Part shown: positions 15,244-24,588 of the stretch, piece by piece | How the letters are laid out: the number at the start of each line of letters is the position of its first letter | Numbering within the stretch: the first letter of the stretch is position 1 | IMG/VR virus record: IMGVR_UViG_3300038749_000017 | Location: 1 to 40,361 of that record | Direction: 5' to 3' (one strand) | Length of the DNA: 40,361 bases | Origin: a virus | Taxonomy: Duplodnaviria > Caudoviricetes | Position numbers and translations under genes: made by a program | The notes under the pieces: model-generated | The model's input: only the letters and a program-made list of their open reading frames with translations | What the model was told of the DNA's origin: nothing | The model's database searches: none

Positions 15244-15705
15244 ATGAGAGGACGCAAACCGACACCGACCGCGCTCAAGCTCGTTCGGGGAAATCCCGGC
15301 AGGCGCCCATTGCCAGAGACTGAACCGCAGCCGGACGCCGGCGCGGCCATGCCAGAGTGGCTGTCGCCCGAAGCGGCGAAGCACTGGCCCATGATCGCGC
15401 GGCAGCTCGATGACGCGGGCGTGCTGACTGAGATGGACGCGCAAGCGCTCGCGCTGTACTGCGAGGCGTTCGCGCGCTGGAAAGACGCAAACGAGCAGGT
15501 CGTCAAGTACGGCGCCGTGGTGAAGGCGCCTAGCGGCTACCCGGTGCAATCGCCGTTTCTAGCTATCGCCAACAAGGCGTTCGAGCAAATGACGAAGTTA
15601 CTCGTTGAATTCGGGATGACGCCGTCGAGTCGGTCGCGCGTGACCGGGGCGGCAAAGAAACCGGATAAGAACCCGTTTTCTGACCTCGTCAAAAACAACC
15701 GCTGA
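15244..15705 (+). CDS. terS: Terminase small subunit, P27 family
   Basis: MRGRKPTPTALKLVRGNPGRR...EFGMTPSSRSRV. Confidence 0.93.
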   Translation: MRGRKPTPTALKLVRGNPGRRPLPETEPQPDAGAAMPEWLSPEAAKHWPMIARQLDDAGVLTEMDAQALALYCEAFARWKDANEQVVKYGAVVKAPSGYPVQSPFLAIANKAFEQMTKLLVEFGMTPSSRSRVTGAAKKPDKNPFSDLVKNNR

Positions 15706-15713
15706 GGCCAGAA

Positions 15714-15842
15714 ATGATGCCGCTGCTGGCTTTGTTCATGTGGGGATGGGTGATGCTGATGGCAGCAATCTGCGCGCCCCGTAGGCGGGAAAAAAAGATT
15801 CATCGCCGATCTTCGGAGTTGACTGAGGGCAGGCGCAATTAG
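15714..15842 (+). CDS. Possible 42-aa single-TM peptide
   Basis: GAGG RBS; MMPLLALFMWGWVMLMAAICAPRRREKK...; may be a remnant. Confidence 0.3.
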   Translation: MMPLLALFMWGWVMLMAAICAPRRREKKIHRRSSELTEGRRN

Positions 15843-15876
15843 TAGCGACCAGAATGGGCGCCACGGGATTGCCCCA

Positions 15877-16890
15877 TTACCGCTCTTTGTCGAGCATGAA
15901 ATCCAATACCAGCCGCGGATACTCATTTTCAATCGCATCAATGGCGGCTGCGATTGTCGGCAATGCGGCATCGCCAATCTGACTCCTTACGAGCGCTGTC
16001 CACTTTGTTGGGAAATACCGCACGAGCATGCCTAGCACGTAGGAGAGCAGGAACAGGGTGGCTACGCTGGAGAGGTTTGAACCTTTCGGATATCGGCGAG
16101 TTAGCCAGACATCGCCAATGTTCCAATGACTGGCAAAGTCGGTCATTCCAGGCATCACTTTCTGGTCGTTCGGGCCACGGTACGCAAAGAAGTCGGGACT
16201 TTCGCTATGAAACGAGTACCCGCTGTTCTGAAACATTGCATCAGAGAAATCTCGCGTGATGTGCGGCAGATAAGCGAACCGAAGGACCTTAAACATAACC
16301 TCGTTAGATTCGTTCAAGACCTGCATTTGAAAATTGCAGCACGCGGAGGTGGCCTGCCATCGGCGATAGTGGTCTTGCAATGCAGGCAGCCGAGCTAAGA
16401 TTTCTCCCAACGTGTACTGTGACTGCGGCGTTATCGGCGGGTTGTGGTGATGGTAGTTCACTCCAGAGTTATTGTGTCTCAGAAGAGAGCGATGGCCCGT
16501 GGCCTGAACGAGATCGAGAAAAGAGCCGGTCTGATTTACCTCCACAGCGAGCACTGAAAAATCAGGGTTATCCTTGCTCAGCTCGTCGTTCCAACTCTTG
16601 ACTGAAAGTCCATGGGCTGGTGCCAAGGCAGCTTCTCGTAGCCCCCGTGTCAATGCCAACGTCATACCCCGCGAAATACTGACAATCCCGTAGTACAACA
16701 GCAGTGGCTTCACCGTCTGTTCAGCTTCGCGAGCGGCAGCGAAGTACGAACGCGAGTGCGAAAAAGCCGCAGCTATTTCTCGGGCGTGTGCGGTGCTAGG
16801 CGTGCGTCCGTGTCGCTCGAAATAATCATTTTTGACCAGCTCGAATGACTCGTAATTTTTTAGCGTTTCCCAGCGCTTTGCTTGGCTCAT
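15877..16890 (-). CDS. YaaC-family protein (moron)
   Basis: KPLLLYYG, HGL, LSYVLGMLVRYFPTKW motifs; GGAG RBS before ATG 16890; lower GC and antisense to the late operon. Confidence 0.75.
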   Translation of the reverse strand: MSQAKRWETLKNYESFELVKNDYFERHGRTPSTAHAREIAAAFSHSRSYFAAAREAEQTVKPLLLYYGIVSISRGMTLALTRGLREAALAPAHGLSVKSWNDELSKDNPDFSVLAVEVNQTGSFLDLVQATGHRSLLRHNNSGVNYHHHNPPITPQSQYTLGEILARLPALQDHYRRWQATSACCNFQMQVLNESNEVMFKVLRFAYLPHITRDFSDAMFQNSGYSFHSESPDFFAYRGPNDQKVMPGMTDFASHWNIGDVWLTRRYPKGSNLSSVATLFLLSYVLGMLVRYFPTKWTALVRSQIGDAALPTIAAAIDAIENEYPRLVLDFMLDKER

Positions 16891-17148
16891 AGAGGACGCT
16901 CCACAATTCCGACGCCACACAAGGTGTCCAAAAACGCCGTTCTTCTGTCCATAGTTCGGTGGGTTGTTTGTTCGCTGAAGAGCCGTCGAGTATGACACAC
17001 GGCGTGCCCCAACGCATCCCATGCTTCATGCGTCGCCGCGTCTACTGGATCCCAATGTTGGCGCATCCTGCAGGCAACACAAACAACTAGTACCCCACTC
17101 ACCGGCCAGGTCTAGAACGATCTTTCATGGCCGTATATTCAACTGCAA

Positions 17149-18852
17149 ATGCCTACTCGTTGCCCCCATGTAGATAAGGCGCACAAGTACGCGCGCGACG
17201 TGGTCGCGGGAAAGATTCCCGCCGGCAAATACGTGCGGCTCGCGTGCGCCCGTCACCTGGGCGACTTGGAAAAGGCGTGCAGCTCGTCGCGCTATCCGTA
17301 CATGTTCGACGCGGCGGCCGGCGAGCGTATCTGCGCGTTCGCTGAGCAATTGCCGCACACCAAAGGCAAGTGGGCCGCTCAGCGTCAGAAAATCGCGTTG
17401 CAGGGCTGGCAATGCTTCGTGCTCGCGGTGCCCTTCGGCTGGGTGCGCAAGAAAGACGGGATGCGGCGCTTCCGCGAGATTTACGACGAGATACCACGTA
17501 AGAACGGGAAGTCAGTCATCGGCGCTGTGATTGGGTTGTACATGCTGACATGCGACAACGAGTTCGGCGCGGAGGTGTATAGCGGCGCGACGACCGAGAA
17601 ACAGGCATGGGAAGTTTTCAAGCCGGCGCGGCTCATGATCGAGCGCACGCCAGAGCTGAGGGAAGCTGCGCAGCTCGACCTGTGGGCCAAAGCCATCGTT
17701 TGCGACGCTGACGGCTCGAAGTTCGAACCGCTGATTGGCAAGCCGGGTGATGGTGCATCGCCGTCGTGCGCGATTATTGACGAGTTCCACGAGCACGACA
17801 CGCCCGACCTTATCGACACGATGCAGACCGGCATGGGCGCGCGCGAACAGCCGCTAACGGTCATCATCACGACGAGCGGCTACAACATCGGCGGCCCCTG
17901 CTACGACAAGCACTTAGAGCTTAAGCGCGTGCTCGACGGCGTCATTGAGAACGACGAGCTTTTCGGCATCATCTTTTCGATTGACGAGGGCGACGACTGG
18001 GCCGACCCGAAGGTCTTGCGCAAGGCGAATCCGAATTTCGGCGTCTCTGTGTTCGAAGACTTTTTGCTCATGCAGCAGCGGCGCGCAGTCATGAACCCGA
18101 TTGGGGCGAACCGCTTCAAGACGAAGCACCTCAACGTCTGGTGCTCAGCGCGCGCAGCGTGGATGAATATGCAGCAATGGCAGCTATGCGCCGACCCGCT
18201 GCTAACGATTGACGAGTTTGCCGGCGATGACTGCTGGTTCATTCTCGACCTCGCAAGCAAGAACGATATTTGCGCATTCGTGCAACTCTTCCGCCGCAAG
18301 CTCAACGGCCTAGATCATTACTACGCATTCGGGCGCTACTACCTGCCCGAAGACACCATCGAAGAGAACAAGCTCAATCAGCACATGTACCTCAAGTGGG
18401 TTGCACAGGGGTACTTAACGGCTACTGATGGCGCCGAAATCGACTTCGACATGATCCGCGAAGACGTGCGGGACATGTCGAAGCGGTTCGCGGTGAAAGA
18501 GGTCATCTATGACCCTTGGCGCGCGACGCAGCTCGCGCACCAGCTAGCGAAAGACGGTGCGACCGTTGTCGAGTATCGGCAGACGGTGCAGAACATGTCG
18601 CCTGGCATGAAGGAAATCGGCGCCGCTGTGAAGGCCGGTCGCTTTCATCACGACGGTAACCCGGTCCTCAATTGGATGATGGCTAACGTCGTCGCCAAAG
18701 AGGATGCGAAGGAAAACATCTATCCGCGCAAGGAAAAGCCCGAAAACAAGATCGACGGCCCGGTGGCTCTCATCATGGGCGCCGGTCGCGCCATCGTCGG
18801 TACCGAGCTTTACCCGGTCATGCCGGACAACTACTCGATGAGCTTTCTATGA
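17149..18852 (+). CDS. terL: Terminase large subunit
   Basis: Walker A IPRKNGKS, Walker B IIDEFHEH, ITTSG, LDLAS, KIDGPVA. Confidence 0.96.
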   Translation: MPTRCPHVDKAHKYARDVVAGKIPAGKYVRLACARHLGDLEKACSSSRYPYMFDAAAGERICAFAEQLPHTKGKWAAQRQKIALQGWQCFVLAVPFGWVRKKDGMRRFREIYDEIPRKNGKSVIGAVIGLYMLTCDNEFGAEVYSGATTEKQAWEVFKPARLMIERTPELREAAQLDLWAKAIVCDADGSKFEPLIGKPGDGASPSCAIIDEFHEHDTPDLIDTMQTGMGAREQPLTVIITTSGYNIGGPCYDKHLELKRVLDGVIENDELFGIIFSIDEGDDWADPKVLRKANPNFGVSVFEDFLLMQQRRAVMNPIGANRFKTKHLNVWCSARAAWMNMQQWQLCADPLLTIDEFAGDDCWFILDLASKNDICAFVQLFRRKLNGLDHYYAFGRYYLPEDTIEENKLNQHMYLKWVAQGYLTATDGAEIDFDMIREDVRDMSKRFAVKEVIYDPWRATQLAHQLAKDGATVVEYRQTVQNMSPGMKEIGAAVKAGRFHHDGNPVLNWMMANVVAKEDAKENIYPRKEKPENKIDGPVALIMGAGRAIVGTELYPVMPDNYSMSFL

Positions 18853-19004
18853 CTGCCATTACCTATAACCTCGCGCTGGCTATCGGCCTCGCGCTGGTCG
18901 GTGCAGGCGTCGCGCTCGTCAGTGTGCCCGCCGCACTGACAACAGTCGGGGCGCTCGTCATTGCCTTGACCATCTTCGGCGCTGCAATGGCGCGTAGGAA
19001 ATAG
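18849..19004 (+). CDS. 51-aa two-TM membrane protein between terL and portal (not in ORF track)
   Basis: ATGA coupling; MTAITYNLALAIGLALVGAGVALVSVPAALTTVGALVIALTIFGAAMARRK*. Confidence 0.7.
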   Translation: MTAITYNLALAIGLALVGAGVALVSVPAALTTVGALVIALTIFGAAMARRK

Positions 19005-19008
19005 CTAA

Positions 19009-20556
19009 ATGTTCCTCTCCATTCGTGCCGAGGCCAGCGAAAACGGGGACCGCTCGCCGTGGGGCAATTTCTGGTTTGAGCCGGTTCCCTCACGCGTTGG
19101 CGGCCCCATTACCAGCGAGTCGGCGCTACAGCTCACGGCTGTTTATGCATGCGTGCGCGTGCTCGCTGAGGGCGTTTCGACTCTGCCTTTCATGCTGTAC
19201 CGCGAGGGTGACGACGGCGCGAAGGAACGCATGCGCGAGCACTGGCTTTATCGGCTGTTCGCGCGCCGGCCCAACTCGTTTCAGAACCCAATGGAGTTCC
19301 GCGAAATGATGCAGGGGCATCTAGCCTTGCGGGGCAATGCCTATGCGCACATCGTCAGCGACCGTCGCGGCGACGTTACGGACCTCATTCCGATGCACCC
19401 CGACCGCACGACCATTGAAATGCTGTCGGACACGAATTGGCGGTTTCGGTATCGCCAGCTCGACGGCACCGAACTTGTATTGACGCGCGGCGAAGTCTTC
19501 CATGTGCGCGGCCTGAGCGGCGACGGTGTCTGCGGTTACAGCCCGATTCAGTGCGCGCGCAAAGCACTGTCTGCCGGCATCGCGGCGCAAGACTACGGGA
19601 TGCGGTTTTTCCTGAACGACGCGCGCCCGCCGGGCTGGATCGAGTACCCCGGCCAGTTCAAAGACGACGAACAGCGGCGCCTGTTCCGCGAACGCTATCA
19701 GGATCAGCAAAGCGGGTTGAACCGGCACAAGGTCGCGATCTTTGATCTAGGTATGAAGTTTCATGAGGTCAAAGTCAGCAACGATGACGCGCAGTTCATA
19801 GAGACGCGGAAGTTCTCTATCAGCGAGATTGCGCGGCTGTTCCGCGTGCCGCCGCACATGATCGGCGACCTAGAGCGCGCGACGTTCTCGAACATCGAGC
19901 AACAGGCGTTGGAGTACGTCACGAACACCCTGCGGCCTTGGCTGGTGCGCTGGGAGGAAGCGATTCGCTACACCTTTCTTGAAGAGGACACCGACCTTAA
20001 TGTCGAGTTTCCCGTAACGGCGCTGCTTCGCGGCGACGCGCAAGCGCGTTCGACTTACTACCACAACGGGATTCTTGATGGGTGGATGACGCGCAATGAG
20101 GCGCGCGTGATGGAGTCGCTTAACCCGCTCGAAGGGCTGGACGAGCCGCTTCGCCCGCTAAACATGGTCGAAGAGAGCGAAGCCGAAGACTTGCCCGACC
20201 AGACAGGCCAGCAGCCGAACGAGCCGCCAGCGACCGAGCCGCCCGACCAGGTGCAGCCAGACCCCGACGCGCGGCTCGTTGCGCTGTCGACAGCGACCGC
20301 AGCGCGTGTCGCGCGTAAAGAAATGGCGATGCTGGAAACGCTCATCGGGCCGACGTTCTATGAGCGCGCACCCGATGCATATGCGAAGCATGCGAAGTTC
20401 GTCGCAGCAGCGCTTAACGTCCCTGTCGAATCTGCCGTTGCTTATTGCTGCGAACAGCTCGACTACATGAAAGACGTTAAGACGTTCTACAACGGCGAAC
20501 TTGAAGCGCTCACCGAATCACGCCTTGAACGTCTAGCACTGAGGGGCAAGCTATGA
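19009..20556 (+). CDS. Portal protein, HK97 family
   Basis: AVYACVRVLAE, LRGNAY, IARLFRVPPHMIG...ATFSNIEQQ, MTRNEAR. Confidence 0.95.
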   Translation: MFLSIRAEASENGDRSPWGNFWFEPVPSRVGGPITSESALQLTAVYACVRVLAEGVSTLPFMLYREGDDGAKERMREHWLYRLFARRPNSFQNPMEFREMMQGHLALRGNAYAHIVSDRRGDVTDLIPMHPDRTTIEMLSDTNWRFRYRQLDGTELVLTRGEVFHVRGLSGDGVCGYSPIQCARKALSAGIAAQDYGMRFFLNDARPPGWIEYPGQFKDDEQRRLFRERYQDQQSGLNRHKVAIFDLGMKFHEVKVSNDDAQFIETRKFSISEIARLFRVPPHMIGDLERATFSNIEQQALEYVTNTLRPWLVRWEEAIRYTFLEEDTDLNVEFPVTALLRGDAQARSTYYHNGILDGWMTRNEARVMESLNPLEGLDEPLRPLNMVEESEAEDLPDQTGQQPNEPPATEPPDQVQPDPDARLVALSTATAARVARKEMAMLETLIGPTFYERAPDAYAKHAKFVAAALNVPVESAVAYCCEQLDYMKDVKTFYNGELEALTESRLERLALRGKL

Positions 20557-21479
20557 AACGCGAACTTTTGATTTCCGAGTTCCTTGCTACGCCGTGGGCG
20601 CTGATGCCCGAGCGCTTAAGCGCGGCGGCGTCGGTGCTCGCGCGCTGGCATCTCGGCCAGCCGGCGAGCGCCGAAGTGATGGAATCCGTGCGCGCTGACG
20701 CTGCCGCCGTGGCGGCGCGGCGTGAGAGCGCGAACCGCGCCGGGAATGGCGCAATCGCCGTCTTGCCGATGTACGGCATCGTGACCCAGCGCGGGAACAT
20801 GGCCGACGACTTGAGCGGCCCCGGCTCGATGAGCACTGAGCGCTTTGCACAAGCGTTCCGCTCCGCGCTCGCCGATGACACGGTCGGCGGCATCCTGATT
20901 GACGTGGATAGCCCCGGCGGCAGCGTGTACGGCGTGCAAGAGCTTGCCGACGAGATTTACCGCGCCCGCTCACAAAAGCCAATCACCGCCATTGCGAACA
21001 GCCTCGCCGCGAGCGCTGCGTACTGGCTCGCATCGCCCGCCGGCGAATTCTTCATTACTCCAGGTGGCGAGGCTGGCTCGATCGGTGTCTATGCCGCGCA
21101 TGAGGACTACTCGAAAGCGCTCGACGCAATGGGCGTGAAGACGACGCTTGTGTCGGCAGGCAAGTACAAGACAGAAGGCAATCCATACGCGCCGCTTGAC
21201 GACGCAGCGCGCACAGCAATGCAGGAGCGTGTCGACGGCTATTACGGCGCCTTTACGCGCGCTGTAGCGCGTAATCGCGGCGTGACGGTGCAAGTCGTGC
21301 GCGAAGGCATGGGCCAAGGCCGCGTGCTGAGCGCGAACGCGGCGCGAACCGAAAACATGGTCGACGGCGTCGCCACTTTTGACGAAGTCGTCCGCCGCAT
21401 GGCGAAGGCCATCGGCAGCGGCAGCAAGACGCGCGCGACGGCGCTCGCACGCCGCGAAATCGACCTGTTAGGCATGTAA
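20553..21479 (+). CDS. S49 (SppA-like) prohead protease
   Basis: DVDSPGG, AASAAYWLAS, GSIGV, AGKYK. Confidence 0.92.
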   Translation: MKRELLISEFLATPWALMPERLSAAASVLARWHLGQPASAEVMESVRADAAAVAARRESANRAGNGAIAVLPMYGIVTQRGNMADDLSGPGSMSTERFAQAFRSALADDTVGGILIDVDSPGGSVYGVQELADEIYRARSQKPITAIANSLAASAAYWLASPAGEFFITPGGEAGSIGVYAAHEDYSKALDAMGVKTTLVSAGKYKTEGNPYAPLDDAARTAMQERVDGYYGAFTRAVARNRGVTVQVVREGMGQGRVLSANAARTENMVDGVATFDEVVRRMAKAIGSGSKTRATALARREIDLLGM

Positions 21480-21541
21480 CGAATTGCCCCCTATGGGGCG
21501 ACACCTCCCGGCCCTTTGGCCGAAACCAGCGCAGTACACAG

Positions 21542-21565
21542 AACCCGCCGAGTGCGGGTTTTTTC
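21542..21565 (+). terminator. Terminator-like hairpin before the capsid gene
   Basis: AACCCGC-CGAGT-GCGGGTT followed by TTTT. Confidence 0.65.
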
Positions 21566-21583
21566 ATTTCTGGAGCCAGCATC

Positions 21584-22876
21584 ATGAATAAGAAACTCCG
21601 CGCCCTGCTGCAACGCAAGGCACAGGCTGTCGCCGAAGCTCGCAAGCTGGTTGACGCCGCAGCCGCCGACGAGCGCGACCTCAACGAAGAGGAAGCGAAG
21701 CAATACGACGAGCTGCGCGCGCAAATCGACAGCCTCAGCGCGCAGATTTCCCGCGAGGAATCGCTTATCGAAGCTGAACGCAGCGTTGCCGTCATCCCGG
21801 CGGCTGATGACGCACGCGTGACCGTCGAAGAGAACGTCGAGCAAGACCCGCGCCGTGGCTTTCAGAGCTTCGGCGAGTTCGCAAGTGTGGTCCGCGCCGC
21901 CTCGCGCGGCGGCAGCATTCCCGACCGTCGTCTGCTGATTGGCGCGGCAGCGCCCGGCACCTACGCGAACGAAGCGAGCGGCGCCGATGGCGGCTATCTC
22001 ATCCCTCCCGAATTCGCCAGCAGCATCTTTACGCTGTCGCTCGAAGACGATGCCCTGCTGCCGCTGACCGACAATGTCAACGTTCGGGGCAACGGGATGA
22101 CTTTCCCGAAGGACGAGTCGACGCCGTGGGGCACTGACGGCGTGCAAGCCTACTGGCAAGCCGAAGCGTCGGTCGCGACTGCGACGAAACCGAAATTCAG
22201 TGTCGACAGCATGCGGCTGCATAAGCTCATGGCACTGGTGCCGGTTACTGACGAGCTGCTGGAAGACACCAGCGCGTTGCAGTCGTACCTGCCCGGCCTG
22301 ATGGCGCGCTCGATCCGCTGGAAGACGAACGAGTCGCTTCTCTTCGGCAGCGGTGCCGGTCAGCCGCAAGGCGCGTTCGCGGGTTCTGCCGCTGTGGTCG
22401 TGGCGAAGGAATCCGGTCAGGCCGCGTCGACGGTGCAGCTCGCGAACATCACGAAGATGATCGCCCGCCTTCCACCTGGTAGCTTCCCGAAATCGCTGTG
22501 GCTCATCACGCCCGACGCGCTGCCGGCGCTGTTCGGTCTGACGCTCGGCAATTACCCGATCTATCTGCCGGTGTCTGCCGGCGCTCAAGGCTCGCCGTAC
22601 GGCACGCTCATGGGGCGCCCCATCACTGTGAGCCAGCACGCCGCCGCGTTCAGCTCGCAGGGCGATATCGCGCTGGTTGATATGAGCTACTACCGGACGC
22701 TCACGAAAGCAGGCGGCGTGCAGATGGCAACGTCGATGCATCTCTACTTCGACGCCGACGCAACCGCGTTCCGCGCAACGTTCCGCGTGGACGGCCAGCC
22801 GAAGATTTCGGCAGCGATTGTGCAGGCGAAGGGTAGCAATACGCTTTCGCCGTTCATCCAGCTCGGCGCCCGCTAA
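21584..22876 (+). CDS. Major capsid protein, HK97 fold
   Basis: N-terminal coiled-coil delta domain, DGGYLIP, VTDELLED, TLMGRP, FR...RVDG. Confidence 0.95.
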   Translation: MNKKLRALLQRKAQAVAEARKLVDAAAADERDLNEEEAKQYDELRAQIDSLSAQISREESLIEAERSVAVIPAADDARVTVEENVEQDPRRGFQSFGEFASVVRAASRGGSIPDRRLLIGAAAPGTYANEASGADGGYLIPPEFASSIFTLSLEDDALLPLTDNVNVRGNGMTFPKDESTPWGTDGVQAYWQAEASVATATKPKFSVDSMRLHKLMALVPVTDELLEDTSALQSYLPGLMARSIRWKTNESLLFGSGAGQPQGAFAGSAAVVVAKESGQAASTVQLANITKMIARLPPGSFPKSLWLITPDALPALFGLTLGNYPIYLPVSAGAQGSPYGTLMGRPITVSQHAAAFSSQGDIALVDMSYYRTLTKAGGVQMATSMHLYFDADATAFRATFRVDGQPKISAAIVQAKGSNTLSPFIQLGAR

Positions 22877-22902
22877 CCCGCTTCATTTGGGAGAAACCAG
22901 CC

Positions 22903-23337
22903 ATGTTTACCAAACCTACCGAGTATCAGGCGGTTATCGGCACGATTGACCCTGCCTCGCAGGGCGCCGGCGCCGCCACTACCGCATGGGTGTCTGCCGA
23001 CGACTACCACGCCTTTCTGGCGCTTGTGGCGGTCGGCGCATTCGGTGCGAGCGCAACCGTCGACGCCAAGATTCAGCAGGCGAAGGACAGTTCGGGCACC
23101 GGCGCGAAGGACGTTAGCGGCAAGTCCATCACGCAGCTTGCAGCCGGCGGCGGTAACAACCGCCAAGCGCTCATCAACTTCCTGCCGCAAGACCTCGACG
23201 TTAATAACGGCTTCTCCTTCGTTCGCCTTTCGGTGACCGTGGGGACCGCAGCGTCGCTCACTGCTGGCGTGCTGCTGGGTGTCGGCGCGCGTCAGGGTCC
23301 GCCGAGCGCGGCGGCCAGCGTCGCGCAGATCGTTTAA
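22903..23337 (+). CDS. Putative head decoration / virion protein
   Basis: Ala/Gly-rich beta-type protein immediately after the MCP. Confidence 0.6.
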   Translation: MFTKPTEYQAVIGTIDPASQGAGAATTAWVSADDYHAFLALVAVGAFGASATVDAKIQQAKDSSGTGAKDVSGKSITQLAAGGGNNRQALINFLPQDLDVNNGFSFVRLSVTVGTAASLTAGVLLGVGARQGPPSAAASVAQIV

Positions 23338-23360
23338 CGCGGAAGCGCAGCAGAGAGAGG

Positions 23361-23387
23361 GCCGGGGCCAAAAGCCCCGGCTTTTTT
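23361..23387 (+). terminator. Intrinsic terminator after head genes
   Basis: GCCGGGGC-CAAAA-GCCCCGGC-TTTTTT. Confidence 0.8.
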
Positions 23388-23389
23388 GT

Positions 23390-24238
23390 ATGCCCGAAAT
23401 CCTTGTGCAAGCGCCAAGCGGCGAGCCGATCAACCTCGCCGACGCGAAGCTGCATTTGCGCGTTACAGACGACGGCCAAGACGCGATTATCCGCAGCATG
23501 CTTGCCGGCGCTCGTCAGGCAGCAGAACAGAAGACGCGGCAGCAGCTCTTACACGCGCGCTATCAGTACATCATTGACCGCTTTCCCGTTCCAGGTGCGG
23601 CACCGGCGGCTTGTGGCGTCGTGTCTATCCCGCCGAGCGCAATCGTTCTGCCGCGCGCGCCTGTGGTCGACGTGGTCAAAGTCGAATACCTCGACATGGC
23701 CGGCGAGCTGCAAACGCTCGACGCGAGTGTCTACACAGTCCAGAACGCTATGCTGCCGGGCATCATCACGCCGCGCTTTGGCGAAATCTGGCCCGTAGCG
23801 CGCCCGGAGAGCGGCGCAGTACGCGTGACCTATAACGCGGGCTACGCGTCGCCTGTGAGCGTCGTAGCGGCGTCGTCTGGCACATTCAGGATTAGCGGCC
23901 CGGTTTCTTATCCGGTCGGCGCTGTGGTGCAGTTCTACAACTCCGGCGGCGCACTGCCTGCCGGGTTGCAAGCGCAAACGAACTACCTCATCGGCTCAGC
24001 GATGGCAAGCGTCTACACGCTGACTGACCTTGAAGGGGTGCCGGTCGTCTTCACCGACAACGGCAGCGGCTCGAACTTTATCGGCGTCGTGCCCGAAGGC
24101 CTGCGTAACTGGATTCTGATTCGGCTCGGCTCGCTGTACGAGAACCGCGAGGAAGTCGCGTTTCTGACTCACGGCGGCATCAAAGAATTGCCGTTCATTG
24201 ATGGCCTGCTGGACCCCTACCGGATTTCCCTGCCATGA
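23390..24238 (+). CDS. Head-tail connector (gp6-like) with inserted domain
   Basis: EPINLADAKLHLRV...AEQKT, VPEGLRNWIL...LYENRE...LLDPYR; about 80-aa insertion before VPE. Confidence 0.85.
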   Translation: MPEILVQAPSGEPINLADAKLHLRVTDDGQDAIIRSMLAGARQAAEQKTRQQLLHARYQYIIDRFPVPGAAPAACGVVSIPPSAIVLPRAPVVDVVKVEYLDMAGELQTLDASVYTVQNAMLPGIITPRFGEIWPVARPESGAVRVTYNAGYASPVSVVAASSGTFRISGPVSYPVGAVVQFYNSGGALPAGLQAQTNYLIGSAMASVYTLTDLEGVPVVFTDNGSGSNFIGVVPEGLRNWILIRLGSLYENREEVAFLTHGGIKELPFIDGLLDPYRISLP

Positions 24239-24588
24239 CAGCGCGCATACGGGCTGGCACCCTGAATCGGCTCATCACGATTCAGCAGCGCGGCACATCG
24301 CAAGACGGGTTCGGGCAACAGGTCACGACCTGGACTGACGTAAAGAAAGTCTATGCGTACGTCGAGCCTCTGGCCGGGAATGAGCGCATCGCCGCTATGT
24401 CGGTGTCGACCGAAGTGTCTCACCGCATCACCGTGCGTTACGACGCGATATTCGCCGACCCGCGTGTCGTCGCTGCGTATCGCGTGGTCTACGGCGCCCG
24501 CACTTTCAATATTCAGGCGTCAATGAACCTTGACGAAGCCAATCGCACGATTGAGCTGTTGGCGGCAGAGGGGATGAATGATGGCTGA
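24235..24588 (+). CDS. Head closure / head-tail adaptor
   Basis: AGTLNRLITIQ...DGFG...W...E...HRITVRY. Confidence 0.88.
   Translation: MTARIRAGTLNRLITIQQRGTSQDGFGQQVTTWTDVKKVYAYVEPLAGNERIAAMSVSTEVSHRITVRYDAIFADPRVVAAYRVVYGARTFNIQASMNLDEANRTIELLAAEGMNDG

Noticed and set aside
15877-17022. Longest-ORF starts from the track (also 4678, 8375, 10065, 10952, 23279, 24906, 25331, 30497, 37395)
   Set aside because: Extensions overlap neighbouring genes or terminators; downstream ATGs have an RBS, translational coupling or a family-typical N-terminus
21491-22741. 416-aa minus-strand ORF
   Set aside because: Shadow of the major capsid gene, typical of GC-rich DNA
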